From an uncultured bacterium (lineage in GTDB: Bacteria > Zixibacteria > MSB-5A5 > JAABVY01 > JAHJOQ01): 64,000 bases of DNA. Positions 50,966 through 61,872 of this stretch are shown here, piece by piece (position 1 is the first letter of the stretch; each line of letters starts with the position of its first letter). The notes under the pieces were generated by a model. The model had not been told where the DNA came from. It was given only the letters and a program-made list of their open reading frames with translations, and did not search any database. The translations under genes were made by a program, and so were the position numbers. Location of the stretch: assembly GCA_965369655.1 (NCBI GenBank), contig CBDUQR010000004.1, positions 1 through 64,000 on the forward strand, in the 5' to 3' direction.

Positions 50966-51691
50966 TCATCGGACACATCCTGGCAACGGGGCTTGTCCAC
51001 TTCCAAAGATGAACTCAATCAAATAAACGACATCATCAATGTCTATCCCACAGCTGGCATCGACATCCCCACTATTTTGATCCCAAGGAGAACATCCACC
51101 TGCAAATATATAATTGAGCAAGTAGACAACGTCATCGATATCCACTTCGGTTGAAGCGTCCGCATCACCCGGCGGGACTGGCCCTAGCTCTGGTGTTACG
51201 AATGTCGAATCGAGATTTAGATAGCTCGGTGTCCAAGGTCCCGATCCTGCATTTAGTGTGAATTGGAGAGGATCAAAAACTACCGATAATTGATGGCCAA
51301 TATCAGAGTGAAAAACCAGGTTCGCCAATACACCGCTGTGCGGCGGGAAGTATGGATTGATAGTGCGATACAGTTCGACGAAACACCATCTTGCAGTTGT
51401 GTCAACTTCAAAGTTGGTCATGAATTGGATTTCTGGGAAGGGCGGATAAAATAGGATTGTATCTAGTTGATCTTCACCCTGCCACGAAAACTCAAAATAT
51501 ATCCAGTACGACTCTTGATCGGTGAATAGATAAACAGGAATAGTGCGACGGACAGATTGATTACACCCGTCCAGTTGATAGTATGGCTCTAGGAAGTACG
51601 CTGAATCAGGGACCACTATATCCTGCGCACTGATCGGCATCACTGCACCTGTCAATGCCACAACTATGCACAGAAATAATGACGTTCTCAT
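50966..51691 (-). CDS. Secreted cohesin-like + dockerin protein, paralog 1
   Basis: Same architecture; AGGAGG RBS. Confidence 0.85.
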   Translation of the reverse strand: MRTSLFLCIVVALTGAVMPISAQDIVVPDSAYFLEPYYQLDGCNQSVRRTIPVYLFTDQESYWIYFEFSWQGEDQLDTILFYPPFPEIQFMTNFEVDTTARWCFVELYRTINPYFPPHSGVLANLVFHSDIGHQLSVVFDPLQFTLNAGSGPWTPSYLNLDSTFVTPELGPVPPGDADASTEVDIDDVVYLLNYIFAGGCSPWDQNSGDVDASCGIDIDDVVYLIEFIFGSGQAPLPGCVR

Positions 51692-51778
51692 TTGACGCCT
51701 CCTGCGGCTTTATCTTCCAGATTTCTTCGGTCTGTCAGTTGCTCTAACTACGAGTTGTCAAGCAGAACCTCTAAATAC

Positions 51779-51807
51779 TATATAACGGAAGTGGATGAAT
51801 CTGTCAA
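51779..51807 (-). promoter_or_regulatory. Putative sigma70 promoter of the four-gene array
   Basis: TTGACA-N17-TATATA on the minus strand. Confidence 0.45.
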
Positions 51808-51855
51808 GAATGAAAATGAAATAATGGAAGCAGTCCCTGCGTGCACAGATGACTC

Positions 51856-51904
51856 GTCATTCCTGCGAAGGCCCTTCGCTATGCTCAGGATACGACAGGA
51901 ATCC
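51856..51904. repeat. REP hairpin interrupted by a 24-bp module
   Basis: GTCATTCCTGCGAAGG|CCCTTCGCTATGCTCAGGATACGA|CAGGAATCC. Confidence 0.75.
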
Positions 51905-52117
51905 AGAACCAGATTCAGAATGTGTTGATGTCACAAACTTGAAATACTCGTCTGGACCCCTGCCTGCGTAGGGGTGACGGTGCGCTGCGTCTACGGCGGT
52001 AACGAGAGGGATTGTCATGATACTACATATTGTGAGCGGCACAAGTCCAGAATTTGATTTACAAATCGTCCCATCATCGATAGACTTCTGATACTATCCA
52101 ACAGGAAAGGATCTGTC

Positions 52118-54142
52118 ATGAAATTCACGGTAATAGTTTTCTTGTTTATTCTCTGTATCACATTCATGTCCGCCAATGCCGAGAGGATCACATTCGATGA
52201 TCTGTACAGCATTCCGAAAGCGCATGATCCGCAGATTTCGCCTGACGGCGATCTAATTGCATTTGTCCTGACAATCAAAGACCCGGTTGCCGGTGAATCC
52301 TCCAGCCATATCTGGTTGATGGATTCTGATGGCACTAACATGCGACAGCTTACCAACGGCGAGAATGGTGAATCGTCGCCGCGATGGTCGCCGGATGGTA
52401 AATCGATTGCTTTTGTCGCGAACCGAGGCGATGGCAGCCAGCTTTTCATTATCGCTGTCGATGGCGGCGAGGCGCGGCAGGTGACATCGCTTTCGACTGA
52501 AGCATCAGAGCCTGACTGGTCGCCTGATGGAAACATACTCGCGTTTTCGTCGCGAGTATTCCCGGATTGCCAGAGCGATAGCTGTAACCGCTCGAGACTC
52601 GATGAGCGCGAAAGCGCAGACGTCAAAGCAAGGGTGTACGAGCACCTGATGTTTAGGCATTACAAATACTGGTTTGACGGTATGACCGAACGTGTTTTCC
52701 TGTGCGACATCGAGAATGATGTCAGCAGGCAGTTGACATTCACTCATGACAGCGCGCCGATCTCATCGATTGGCGGTCACGAAGGATTCGTGTTCTCTCC
52801 TGATGGCTCTGAAATTTGCTATGAGACTAATACCGATTCGATCCCAACGCTATCGACCAACAGCAATCTCTTTCTCATACCAGCATCTGGAGGTGAGCCG
52901 GTAAGGATCACATCGAATCAGGGTGCTGATATGTATCCGCAGTATTCGCCCGACGGCAGGTACATCTCATACCTGTCGATGGCTCGCGCGGGATACGAAT
53001 CGGATCAGACCGATCTCATTCTGTACGACAGATCGAGCGGAGAGCGTCGCAATCTGACGGAAGGATTCGACCGATCTGTCTGGAGATACTCCTGGCACCC
53101 CGACTCGAAATCGATTTGTTTCCTCGCAATCGAGCATGGTTTTGAATATGTGTGGCGGCTCGATATCGAATCAGGAACTGTCGAGAAACTGCTCGGCGAT
53201 GCAGTGTATGGCGATCTGTCGATGTCGCCGGATGGAAAGTACATTGTCGTCAGCAGATCGCTCTCGGATGAACCGTATGAGCTGTATCGATTCGATCTAG
53301 AATCGAAAAAGTTGTCGCAGCTTACACGCTTCACGGACGACATCACTGACAAACTTGAAATGAATCGCGCAACTGAGTTCTGGTTTGCTGGATTCAATGG
53401 TGATTCGGTACATGGCTTTCTAACACTGCCGCCTGATTTCGACCACAGTGAGCAATACCCGCTCGTGCTCCTGATTCACGGCGGCCCGCAGTGGTGCTGG
53501 CTTGGGCATTTCAATTACTACGGTTGGAACACGCAGTTGATGGCCGCGCAGGACTACATCGTGGCGCAAATTGATCCGCACGGCAGCGCCGGATACGGTC
53601 TGGCATTCAAAGAATACATCTCAGGCAACTGGGGCAGGGGCGACTACGAGGACCTGATGTTGGGTATCGATTACCTGATCGACAACATCCCATACATCGA
53701 TACTACTCGAATGGCTGCGCTCGGCAGATCATACGGTGGATTCATGGCGAACTGGATCTGCGGGCATTCCGACAGGTTCAAGTGTCTCGTAACGATAGAT
53801 GGGACATTCAATCATGTCGCCGAATATGGCACCACCGACGAACTCTGGTTTGTCGAATGGGAATTCAAGGGGACACCGTGGACGAACCGCGAGGAGTTCG
53901 TCAGGTCGTCGCCATCGAGCTATGTTGAGAACTTCAAGACGCCGACACTTGTGATTCATGGCGAACTGGATTATCGTGTCGATCCGAGCGAGGCATTCCA
54001 GATGTTCACATCGTTACAACGCATGGGTGTGTCATCGCAGTTGATCTACTATCCCGACGAAGGTCATTCGATTCATAAACTGCAAAATCTCAGGCATGTG
54101 TATGAGAAGCAATTGGAGTGGCTGGAGAGATGGTTGAAGTAA
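52118..54142 (+). CDS. S9-family peptidase (PD40 beta-propeller + alpha/beta hydrolase)
   Basis: Signal peptide, WSPDG repeats, IHGGP, GRSYGG nucleophile, DYRV, DEGH. Confidence 0.93.
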   Translation: MKFTVIVFLFILCITFMSANAERITFDDLYSIPKAHDPQISPDGDLIAFVLTIKDPVAGESSSHIWLMDSDGTNMRQLTNGENGESSPRWSPDGKSIAFVANRGDGSQLFIIAVDGGEARQVTSLSTEASEPDWSPDGNILAFSSRVFPDCQSDSCNRSRLDERESADVKARVYEHLMFRHYKYWFDGMTERVFLCDIENDVSRQLTFTHDSAPISSIGGHEGFVFSPDGSEICYETNTDSIPTLSTNSNLFLIPASGGEPVRITSNQGADMYPQYSPDGRYISYLSMARAGYESDQTDLILYDRSSGERRNLTEGFDRSVWRYSWHPDSKSICFLAIEHGFEYVWRLDIESGTVEKLLGDAVYGDLSMSPDGKYIVVSRSLSDEPYELYRFDLESKKLSQLTRFTDDITDKLEMNRATEFWFAGFNGDSVHGFLTLPPDFDHSEQYPLVLLIHGGPQWCWLGHFNYYGWNTQLMAAQDYIVAQIDPHGSAGYGLAFKEYISGNWGRGDYEDLMLGIDYLIDNIPYIDTTRMAALGRSYGGFMANWICGHSDRFKCLVTIDGTFNHVAEYGTTDELWFVEWEFKGTPWTNREEFVRSSPSSYVENFKTPTLVIHGELDYRVDPSEAFQMFTSLQRMGVSSQLIYYPDEGHSIHKLQNLRHVYEKQLEWLERWLK

Positions 54143-54169
54143 AGGATCGGAAATTGGGGAGGACTCACA

Positions 54170-54904
54170 ATGATTGATATCATTCAACTTGTACTGACTT
54201 GGATTACATGCTTGGCGTTGATCGCTACGTTGATATTTGTGGTCAAGTATACGATTCAGACAAAGAAGCTGGCTGGATTCACGGCAAAGGAGTTCAAGAA
54301 GAGGATATCGCCTGTCGTGTGTGCCTACATAGGTTTACCAGAACTTCCAAAGAAATACGAGCATGGCTTGCCAATTAACCACTGCAGCGAAGATGGTTAC
54401 GACATACTGGTAAAAGTGAAAAACACATCCGACAACCATGCTCTCGCAAGTGTGAAGATTGAGTTTGAATTTGCAGGTGAAACAATGAAACCACAGGCTG
54501 ATGTTTACAGAGAAGGAAAGGAAATCTTCGTGCCAGCCAAGGAAACCTTTCATGGCAACTTCTCGTTTGACGAAACGTTCAAGGGACTATCCAAGAACAA
54601 GAAGGAAATTTTAGACGACCGGATTGAGGGAAGTAAGAGTGATGCCGCCTTTGGGTTTGGACTCTTGTGTTCAGACAAGTACATAGAATTTGACCTTGAT
54701 AGAAGAACTGGGGTCAAGCTGAGCGAGCTACTTCTGAGCGATTCTGGGCTCAAGATTCGTTTTGATGTACAGTATCGTAGGTGGCCAGCAGCAGAGGATG
54801 ACGAGATTCATAAGCTGCCCCAACAAATATACACGATGCGAATCAAACGAAACTTACCGCTGTGGCGACTGACTTGTATTCCGGATGGTCCGGTTCTCCC
54901 TTGA
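54170..54904 (+). CDS. Hypothetical accessory protein with N-terminal TM anchor
   Basis: GGAGG RBS, AT-richer codon usage. Confidence 0.7.
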   Translation: MIDIIQLVLTWITCLALIATLIFVVKYTIQTKKLAGFTAKEFKKRISPVVCAYIGLPELPKKYEHGLPINHCSEDGYDILVKVKNTSDNHALASVKIEFEFAGETMKPQADVYREGKEIFVPAKETFHGNFSFDETFKGLSKNKKEILDDRIEGSKSDAAFGFGLLCSDKYIEFDLDRRTGVKLSELLLSDSGLKIRFDVQYRRWPAAEDDEIHKLPQQIYTMRIKRNLPLWRLTCIPDGPVLP

Positions 54905-54979
54905 CCGGTAGCTACCACGCACGGTACATTCAAAGTTGTCCTTAGAGACCGAAAACAGAATCCAGTAAGGAGGGGACCT

Positions 54980-55237
54980 ATGAAGTTACGTCTACCATCA
55001 GAACGTGTCTTGGAGATCTACAAGTGCTTTATCATGACACTACTGCTTGTAGTGTTTGTCTTTATGGCCTATCAAACAACATTCTTGCTCAGACCACACA
55101 GTGTCTGCGGCAAGATTCCAGTCGTCCGAATTGTTGGTGGGCAAATCGATGTCGATGCTGATGTTTCGACATATAGCACGATCGATGTTGAAGTGACCAA
55201 CACAGTTAGCGTGGAGGGACACCTTTATGGACCGTAG
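54980..55237 (+). CDS. Small hypothetical membrane-anchored protein
   Basis: AAGGAGG RBS, one TM helix. Confidence 0.55.
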   Translation: MKLRLPSERVLEIYKCFIMTLLLVVFVFMAYQTTFLLRPHSVCGKIPVVRIVGGQIDVDADVSTYSTIDVEVTNTVSVEGHLYGP

Positions 55238-55847
55238 GCAAAGCCTTTACGTGCGCGGCAGATGTGGACATTTGCCGCGCACGGACACTCAGAACTGGCA
55301 AGTGAGCGTGACCTACAGCCTGGGACTCGCCGTGAGGTCTGCCGCCCACGCCAGATTTCATGACTGACAACTCAGCTTGGGTGAGTCGCCTGACAGATCG
55401 AAATATGCATCGGAACTCGTGTCCACGTTTGCTGAAATCCTACTTCTGGACGGCAAGTTTAGTATTGACCGGAACCAATATTTTAGTATATTACAGTTGT
55501 TCGTTTCGGATGGGAAAAAAGAATATACTCTCTATCACACAGGCGGCGTCTGCATGTGTTTCGCATCGCCTGAAAGCACAAAAAAGTTGAGCCGTTTTGT
55601 TTCACTGGAACGGCAGTGTGACCCGCGAATTTGTCGCAGGCGGTACTGTCTCGCTGCTGCCAGCGTGCGTCCTTTCGCAGTATCCCTGATGCAACGATAT
55701 CTTATCAACAAGGATGTCGTCGCCCAGCAAGACATACAGGTGACATTTTTTGTTCGAGCCTGAGCAACCCTTGATAAACGTATTGTGTGAGAACAAGAAT
55801 GAAGATATAATTTCCTGAGTGAATATGCATCTGATTTGGGAGGACAA

Positions 55848-58241
55848 ATGTACGGATTAAAGTCTTTGTTTGGCGCCATGCTCATTGTGGTTATGCTGTC
55901 GGGTCTGGCTGTCGCCGATCCGCCCAGCAGTTTCGATCTGCGCGATGTAGGCGGTCAAAACTATGTAACGTCAGTCAAGAGCCAGAGTGGTGGAACCTGC
56001 TGGACTCATGGCGTTATGGCGGCTATGGAAGGGAACATGATGATTACGGGGGCATGGACTGCCAACGGAGAGTCGGGCGAACCCAATCTCGCAGAATATC
56101 ATCTCGACTGGTGGAACGGTTTCAATCAGCACAACAACGATGATACCGATCCGCCGACAGGTGGTGGGCTGACTGTTCACCAGGGCGGCGATTATCGCGT
56201 CTCATCCGCCTACCTGACCCGTGGAGAAGGAGCCGTTCGCGACATCGACGGCCAATCGTACAGCACTCCCCCGCTCAGAGATGATCCGAGTTACCATTAC
56301 TATTATGCCCCTGAAATCGAATGGTACGTTGCCGAGTCCGATCTGAGCAATATCAACACGATCAAACAGGCGATTATGGATTATGGCGTGATGGGAACCT
56401 GTTTGTGCTACGACAGCCAGTTCATGTCCGGTTACATTCACTATCAGCCTCCGACCAGCACGCTCGACCCGAATCATGCGGTCGCAATCGTCGGTTGGGA
56501 TAACAACAAGGTAACACAGGCTCCTCTTCCGGGCGCTTGGCTTATCAAGAACAGTTGGGGAAGTTCATGGGGAGAAGGCGGCTACTTCTGGATTTCATAC
56601 TACGACAAGCATTGCTGCCAGAATCCGGAAATGGGTGCGATTTCTTTTCAGGATGTCGAGCCGATGCAGTATGAGAAAGTCTACTATCACGACTACCACG
56701 GCTGGCGCGACACAAAGGCTGATGCTGACATTGCGTTCAATGCGTTCGTCGCCGAGAATGAAGAGTTGCTCGAAACTGTCAGTTTCTTCACGGCTGCCGA
56801 CAATGTGCTTTACTCCGTGATAGTCTACGATCGTTACGAAGGTGGCGAACTGTACGATGAACTGGGGAGCGCGTCCGGTACAATCACTTACACCGGATTT
56901 CATACTATAGAATTGCTTTCACCCGTCGAATTAAGTCCGGGTCAGGATTTCTATATCTACATGCAGCTTTCCGATGGTGGTCACGCATATGACCGGACAT
57001 CAGACGTGCCTGTCCTGCTTGGCGCGAAGTATCGCGTGATAGTCGAGTCATCATCAAGCCCAGGGCAGAGCTACTACTACGACTGGAACGAATCTCAGTT
57101 CGTCGACCTGTATGATTTCGACAGCACGGCCAACTTTTGCATCAAGGGTCTTTCTGTTCAGAATCTGAGCCTGAGTATATCTTGCCCTGATGGTACACCT
57201 GATTTGCTGACGCCGGGCGAGACGGAATTCTTCACGGTCGAGATCCTGGATGGAAAAGAAACCTATGTGCCGGGTACCGGGATACTTCATTATCGATACG
57301 ACGGAGGGGAATTCCTGACCGCGCCGCTGACTCCTCTGACAGGTAATCTGTATGAGGCGACGTTGCCGGGCGCCACCTGCAGTGACACGCCGGAATTCTT
57401 TGTCAGCGCTCAGGGTGATGGCGGCACGACGGTATATTCGCCTACCGACGCTCCCGCGAGTACGTTCACCGCAATCGTGGGAACTTACACGACATTGATG
57501 CAGGATGATTTCGAAACAGATATGGGTTGGACGACCCAGAATCTCGGAGCTACGAATGGTCTGTGGGAGCGCGGAGTTCCTGTCAATGATCCCGGCTGGG
57601 ATTATGATCCTGAGTCGGATGCCGACGGGAGCGGACAGTGCTACCTGACGCAGAACCAGATGGGTAATACCGATGTGGACGACGGCGCTGTTCGCCTGAA
57701 ATCGCCGATAATCGACATGTCGCAGGGAGGAATCATCTCGTATTATTACTATCTCCTCCTGACAGACGCCGCAGACGGTGTCGACAGAATTCTCGTAGAA
57801 ATCAACAGCGATGGCGGCATCGGCACGTGGACAGAAATAGCCAGACATGACACTGACGGTGGACTCTACTGGCGACACCACGAGATTACCGAAGCCGATT
57901 TGACAATAGCAGGTGTGTCGTTCACGTCAACTATGGTGGTTCGATTCACCGCAAATGACGGTAATCCACAGAGTATCGTCGAAGCCGGTATTGACGGATT
58001 CCATCTGACCCTGTTCGAATGCGACTACGAGCCATTCTTGTGCGGAGACGCCGACGACAGCGGTGGAGTTGACATAGATGATGTCGTCTATTTGATCAAC
58101 TACATCTTCGGAGGCGGACCGGCACCAGATCCTTTGGAAGTTGGAGATGTCGACTGTTCGGGAGAAGTTGACATAGACGATGTCGTCTATCTTATCAATT
58201 ACATATTTGGAGGAGGTCCGGTGCCATGCGACGGCTGTTAG
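55848..58241 (+). CDS. Secreted papain-family (C1) cysteine peptidase with lectin-like domain and C-terminal dockerin
   Basis: QSGGTCW, NHAVAIVGW, KNSWG catalytic motifs; duplicated GDxD..VDIDDVVYLINYIF. Confidence 0.9.
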   Translation: MYGLKSLFGAMLIVVMLSGLAVADPPSSFDLRDVGGQNYVTSVKSQSGGTCWTHGVMAAMEGNMMITGAWTANGESGEPNLAEYHLDWWNGFNQHNNDDTDPPTGGGLTVHQGGDYRVSSAYLTRGEGAVRDIDGQSYSTPPLRDDPSYHYYYAPEIEWYVAESDLSNINTIKQAIMDYGVMGTCLCYDSQFMSGYIHYQPPTSTLDPNHAVAIVGWDNNKVTQAPLPGAWLIKNSWGSSWGEGGYFWISYYDKHCCQNPEMGAISFQDVEPMQYEKVYYHDYHGWRDTKADADIAFNAFVAENEELLETVSFFTAADNVLYSVIVYDRYEGGELYDELGSASGTITYTGFHTIELLSPVELSPGQDFYIYMQLSDGGHAYDRTSDVPVLLGAKYRVIVESSSSPGQSYYYDWNESQFVDLYDFDSTANFCIKGLSVQNLSLSISCPDGTPDLLTPGETEFFTVEILDGKETYVPGTGILHYRYDGGEFLTAPLTPLTGNLYEATLPGATCSDTPEFFVSAQGDGGTTVYSPTDAPASTFTAIVGTYTTLMQDDFETDMGWTTQNLGATNGLWERGVPVNDPGWDYDPESDADGSGQCYLTQNQMGNTDVDDGAVRLKSPIIDMSQGGIISYYYYLLLTDAADGVDRILVEINSDGGIGTWTEIARHDTDGGLYWRHHEITEADLTIAGVSFTSTMVVRFTANDGNPQSIVEAGIDGFHLTLFECDYEPFLCGDADDSGGVDIDDVVYLINYIFGGGPAPDPLEVGDVDCSGEVDIDDVVYLINYIFGGGPVPCDGC

Positions 58242-58504
58242 CGGCACAAACATAGATTAGCCTTGTCGATTGAATCGGAATGATTATATTGAGCAGGTAC
58301 ATCATGATTGGCGGGTCGGAAAACCCGGCCCGTCGATTGTTTCGTCAGCTAATAAGAAAATATAGTACAAATCTCCATGGATGGATTGGAAATAGTAAAT
58401 CGGTCGATTTACAGATAATTTCGTTTGTCTCCGGCAATCATGTCGGGAGAAGCTGAGAGAGAGGAAGCAAGAGGAGAACATCTTAATAAAGGAATGGTGG
58501 CAGG

Positions 58505-61500
58505 ATGAGACCAGCATTGAACAGCAAGAGCGGATGGTGTATCGTTTTGACCGCACTGGTCCTGGCGATCTCGATTCCAGTAGACGGGTTTGCGGAGCAG
58601 ATCAAGCTCGACTACTACTTCGACGAGCCGACCATATCCGATGTGAAAATCGGTGATGTCATTTACGACAGAATTACTATCCCCGGGTGCCCGAAATCGG
58701 GTAACACGGGTCAGCCAGCTCTGCCCGCCAAAGGAGCCCGCATTCTGCTACCTTACGGCACCGAGGTTGAGAGCATCGAAATCGTTACAGGCGAACGGAT
58801 AGTGCTTGGAGACGGCTTCTTTGTTGAGCCGGTTTCACCGCAGGGCAAACTGACATCGGCACCCGCTGAACCGCTCCTGCCGGTACCGGATGAGCAAATA
58901 TACAGCTCTGACCAGCTGTTTCCGGGGGCAATGTTCAAGAACGTCGGGACCCAGGTGTTTCGCGGCTACAACATCCTGATCATCAAGCTTCAGCCGGTAC
59001 AGTACACGCCGACATCGGGCGAGTTGTCATACTGCCCGGAGCTTTCGGTGATTGTGAATACGGTGCCTTCGGAGAAATCCGTCGACATGTTCCGAGGATT
59101 GGAAATCGATGCGGCGGAAGTCGAATCACGAGTGGACAACCCCAACATGATCGCCAGCTATGAGGCTTCCGGGAAGCTTGGCCGGGCTGATTTCGATTTC
59201 CTGATCATTACTACTTCCAGCCTGGTGGGTTCATTTCAGCCTCTGGCGGATTATCACAATGCAAATGGCATAATCACGCAGATTCGTACAACCAACGATG
59301 TCGGTAGCACCGACCCTGATGATATCCGGCAATATATCAGGGATCGCTACCAGCTTGACGGAATCACATACGTGTTGATCGGTGCCGATGACGACATTAT
59401 CCCCGCCAAGAATCTTTTTGTTCGAATGTCCTATCCGAGCGGCGAGGCGGAATACAATATGCCCGCGGATATTTACTTCCAGTGCCTCGACGGGACCTAC
59501 AACTACGACGGGGATTCATACTGGGGAGAGCCGACGGATGGTGATGGTGGCGGTGACGTCGATCTCGTAGCGGAAGTCTATATCGGCAGAGCATCTGTTG
59601 GAAACTATACGGAAGCTGATCGATTCGTCTCCAAGACCCTCCAGTACCTTACAGCATCTGCGCCTTATCTGCAGGAAGTTCTGCTTGTCGGTGAGCACCT
59701 CGGATTTGGTGGCCCTGCCGAATACGCTCATGAGTATCTCAATGAACTCGTCGACGGGTCCAGCATGCACGGATACACAACAGTCGGAATCCCGTCAGAT
59801 ATTTACAGCATCGACAGCCTCTACGAGTTCATCTACACCTGGCCAAAGTCGGACCTGACTACCAGGATCAATAACGGCCTTCATGTGGTCAACCATCTTG
59901 GGCACGGCAGTGAAGACTATGCCATGAAGCTGTACAACAGCGACGTCATGAGCGATCTGACCAATGCCGATCACTGCTTTGTCTACTCTCAGACTTGTCT
60001 CGCCGGACATTTTGATGGCACCGATTGCTGGGCGGAGTACATGAATATTAAGACCGACCACGGCGCTTTCGCAGTCATCATGAACGCTCGCTATGGTTTT
60101 GGTGAATTCAACAGCACTGATGGCGCATCGCAGCGCTTCAATCGCGAGTTCTGGGATGCCATGTTCAATCTGACAGAGGGCAAGACCAGGCTCGGTCCTG
60201 CCAACATCGACTCCAAAGAGGACAACATTTATCGTATCGGCGATGACTACATGAGATGGGTCTACTATGGATTGAACCTGTTCGGAGATCCGACGATCTC
60301 CTTCAAGGGTGTAGCGACGATTGGATTCCAATATCCTCTTGGCATACCGGAAATGGTACCCCCTGGTGTTACTACTCCGTTCGAAGTCGAAGTGATGGGT
60401 GTCGGTGACGGTGTGCCAGTGCCCGGAACAGGTCAGTTGCACTACTCTATCGACGGCGGCCCTGTCCAGACGGTTCAGATGAACGAGATATCTACGAACT
60501 ATTACGAGACACAACTGCCCGCCATTTCCTGCGGCGAAGTTCTCGAGTTCTATGTCAGCGCCGAGGAGGTCGAACACGGACGAATCTATCATCCGAATCC
60601 CAATTCACCCAATGTGGTAAACGCCGTTACAGAGATAGCCACTGTTTTCCAGGATGATTTCGAGACCGACATGGGTTGGTCGATCTCCGGAGGAAACTGG
60701 GCGCGCGGCATACCGACCGGTGGCGGAGGCGAATATGGCAATCCCGACCCGACAAGCGGGTGTGTATTGCCCAATGTGTTCGGATACAACCTGAACGGCG
60801 ACTACGAAAACAGCATGCCGCAACGGCATCTCACAAGCCCGGCGATAGATTGTTCTGGTATAACCGATGTTACGCTTAAGTTCTGGAGATGGCTCGGGGT
60901 TGAGCAGTCGATGTATGACCATGCTTACGTTCGGGTCAGTAATGACGGATCATCATGGACGACGGTCTGGGAGAATACAGGTGAAGTCTCCGATAACAAC
61001 TGGATCGAAATCGAGATCGACATATCCGCTGTGGCCGACAACCAGTCCACAGTCTATGTCCGATTCACAATGGGTACAACCGACAGCGGCTGGAGATATT
61101 GCGGCTGGAACCTTGATGATGTCCGTCTCATTGCGTACATTTGCGAGGAGGATACGGATTTCGATGACGACGGTATCCTGAACGCCGCCGACAACTGTCC
61201 ATACACGTACAACCCGGACCAGGAAGACGCCGACGAGGATGCCGTTGGCGATAGCTGTGACAACTGTATTCTCATAGCGAATCCGAATCAGGAGAACTCC
61301 GACGGTGACACATACGGCGATAGCTGTGATAACTGCATGCTGGTTGCTAACCCGCTGCAGGAGGACTCGGACTCCGACGCCGTAGGCGATAGCTGTGACA
61401 ACTGTATTACAACTTACAATCCTGATCAGGCTGATGGCGATGGCGACGGGACTGGCGATGCATGCGAGTGGATATACGGCGACGCAAACAGCGATGGTAT

Positions 61501-61678
61501 GATTGACATCGACGATGCTGTCTGGATTATACAGTTCATATTCGCAGGTGGCCCGGCTCCAGATCCTGAAGAAGCCGGCGACTGCGATTGCTCGGGTGAA
61601 TGCGACATCGATGACGCCATTTACCTGATTCAGTATATCTTCAATCAAGGCCCCATTCCCGGAGAAGCGTGCATGTAA
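58505..61678 (+). CDS. Secreted gingipain-family (C25) peptidase with propeptide, TSP3 repeats and dockerin
   Basis: YVLIGAD, EVYIGR, NHLGHG, SQTC, NLFGDP; DNCP..NPDQED repeats; dockerin tail. Confidence 0.9.
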   Translation: MRPALNSKSGWCIVLTALVLAISIPVDGFAEQIKLDYYFDEPTISDVKIGDVIYDRITIPGCPKSGNTGQPALPAKGARILLPYGTEVESIEIVTGERIVLGDGFFVEPVSPQGKLTSAPAEPLLPVPDEQIYSSDQLFPGAMFKNVGTQVFRGYNILIIKLQPVQYTPTSGELSYCPELSVIVNTVPSEKSVDMFRGLEIDAAEVESRVDNPNMIASYEASGKLGRADFDFLIITTSSLVGSFQPLADYHNANGIITQIRTTNDVGSTDPDDIRQYIRDRYQLDGITYVLIGADDDIIPAKNLFVRMSYPSGEAEYNMPADIYFQCLDGTYNYDGDSYWGEPTDGDGGGDVDLVAEVYIGRASVGNYTEADRFVSKTLQYLTASAPYLQEVLLVGEHLGFGGPAEYAHEYLNELVDGSSMHGYTTVGIPSDIYSIDSLYEFIYTWPKSDLTTRINNGLHVVNHLGHGSEDYAMKLYNSDVMSDLTNADHCFVYSQTCLAGHFDGTDCWAEYMNIKTDHGAFAVIMNARYGFGEFNSTDGASQRFNREFWDAMFNLTEGKTRLGPANIDSKEDNIYRIGDDYMRWVYYGLNLFGDPTISFKGVATIGFQYPLGIPEMVPPGVTTPFEVEVMGVGDGVPVPGTGQLHYSIDGGPVQTVQMNEISTNYYETQLPAISCGEVLEFYVSAEEVEHGRIYHPNPNSPNVVNAVTEIATVFQDDFETDMGWSISGGNWARGIPTGGGGEYGNPDPTSGCVLPNVFGYNLNGDYENSMPQRHLTSPAIDCSGITDVTLKFWRWLGVEQSMYDHAYVRVSNDGSSWTTVWENTGEVSDNNWIEIEIDISAVADNQSTVYVRFTMGTTDSGWRYCGWNLDDVRLIAYICEEDTDFDDDGILNAADNCPYTYNPDQEDADEDAVGDSCDNCILIANPNQENSDGDTYGDSCDNCMLVANPLQEDSDSDAVGDSCDNCITTYNPDQADGDGDGTGDACEWIYGDANSDGMIDIDDAVWIIQFIFAGGPAPDPEEAGDCDCSGECDIDDAIYLIQYIFNQGPIPGEACM

Positions 61679-61705
61679 GGGAAATCGCCTTAGCTGAGTA
61701 ATCGT

Positions 61706-61745
61706 GAAGTCCCCTTCATCCGATATAAAGGGGACTTCTTTGTTT
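61706..61745 (+). terminator. Intrinsic terminator
   Basis: GAAGTCCCCTT...AAGGGGACTTC-TTTGTTT. Confidence 0.75.
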
Positions 61746-61753
61746 ACACAGTA

Positions 61754-61781
61754 TTGACATTAACAAAACCCTCAGTATATT
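61754..61781 (+). promoter_or_regulatory. Putative sigma70 promoter for mfd
   Basis: TTGACA-N16-TATATT. Confidence 0.5.
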
Positions 61782-61872
61782 CCGACAGTACTGAATAGCG
61801 GATTTTGCCGCTGCAATATCAACAACCCACCCCCGATATACCGGGCAGTGGGATTTCTGTGTTTGTTTTAAT

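Noticed and set aside
55360-55885. Several short overlapping ORFs upstream of the C1 peptidase
   Set aside because: No RBS or motifs; more likely a long regulatory region
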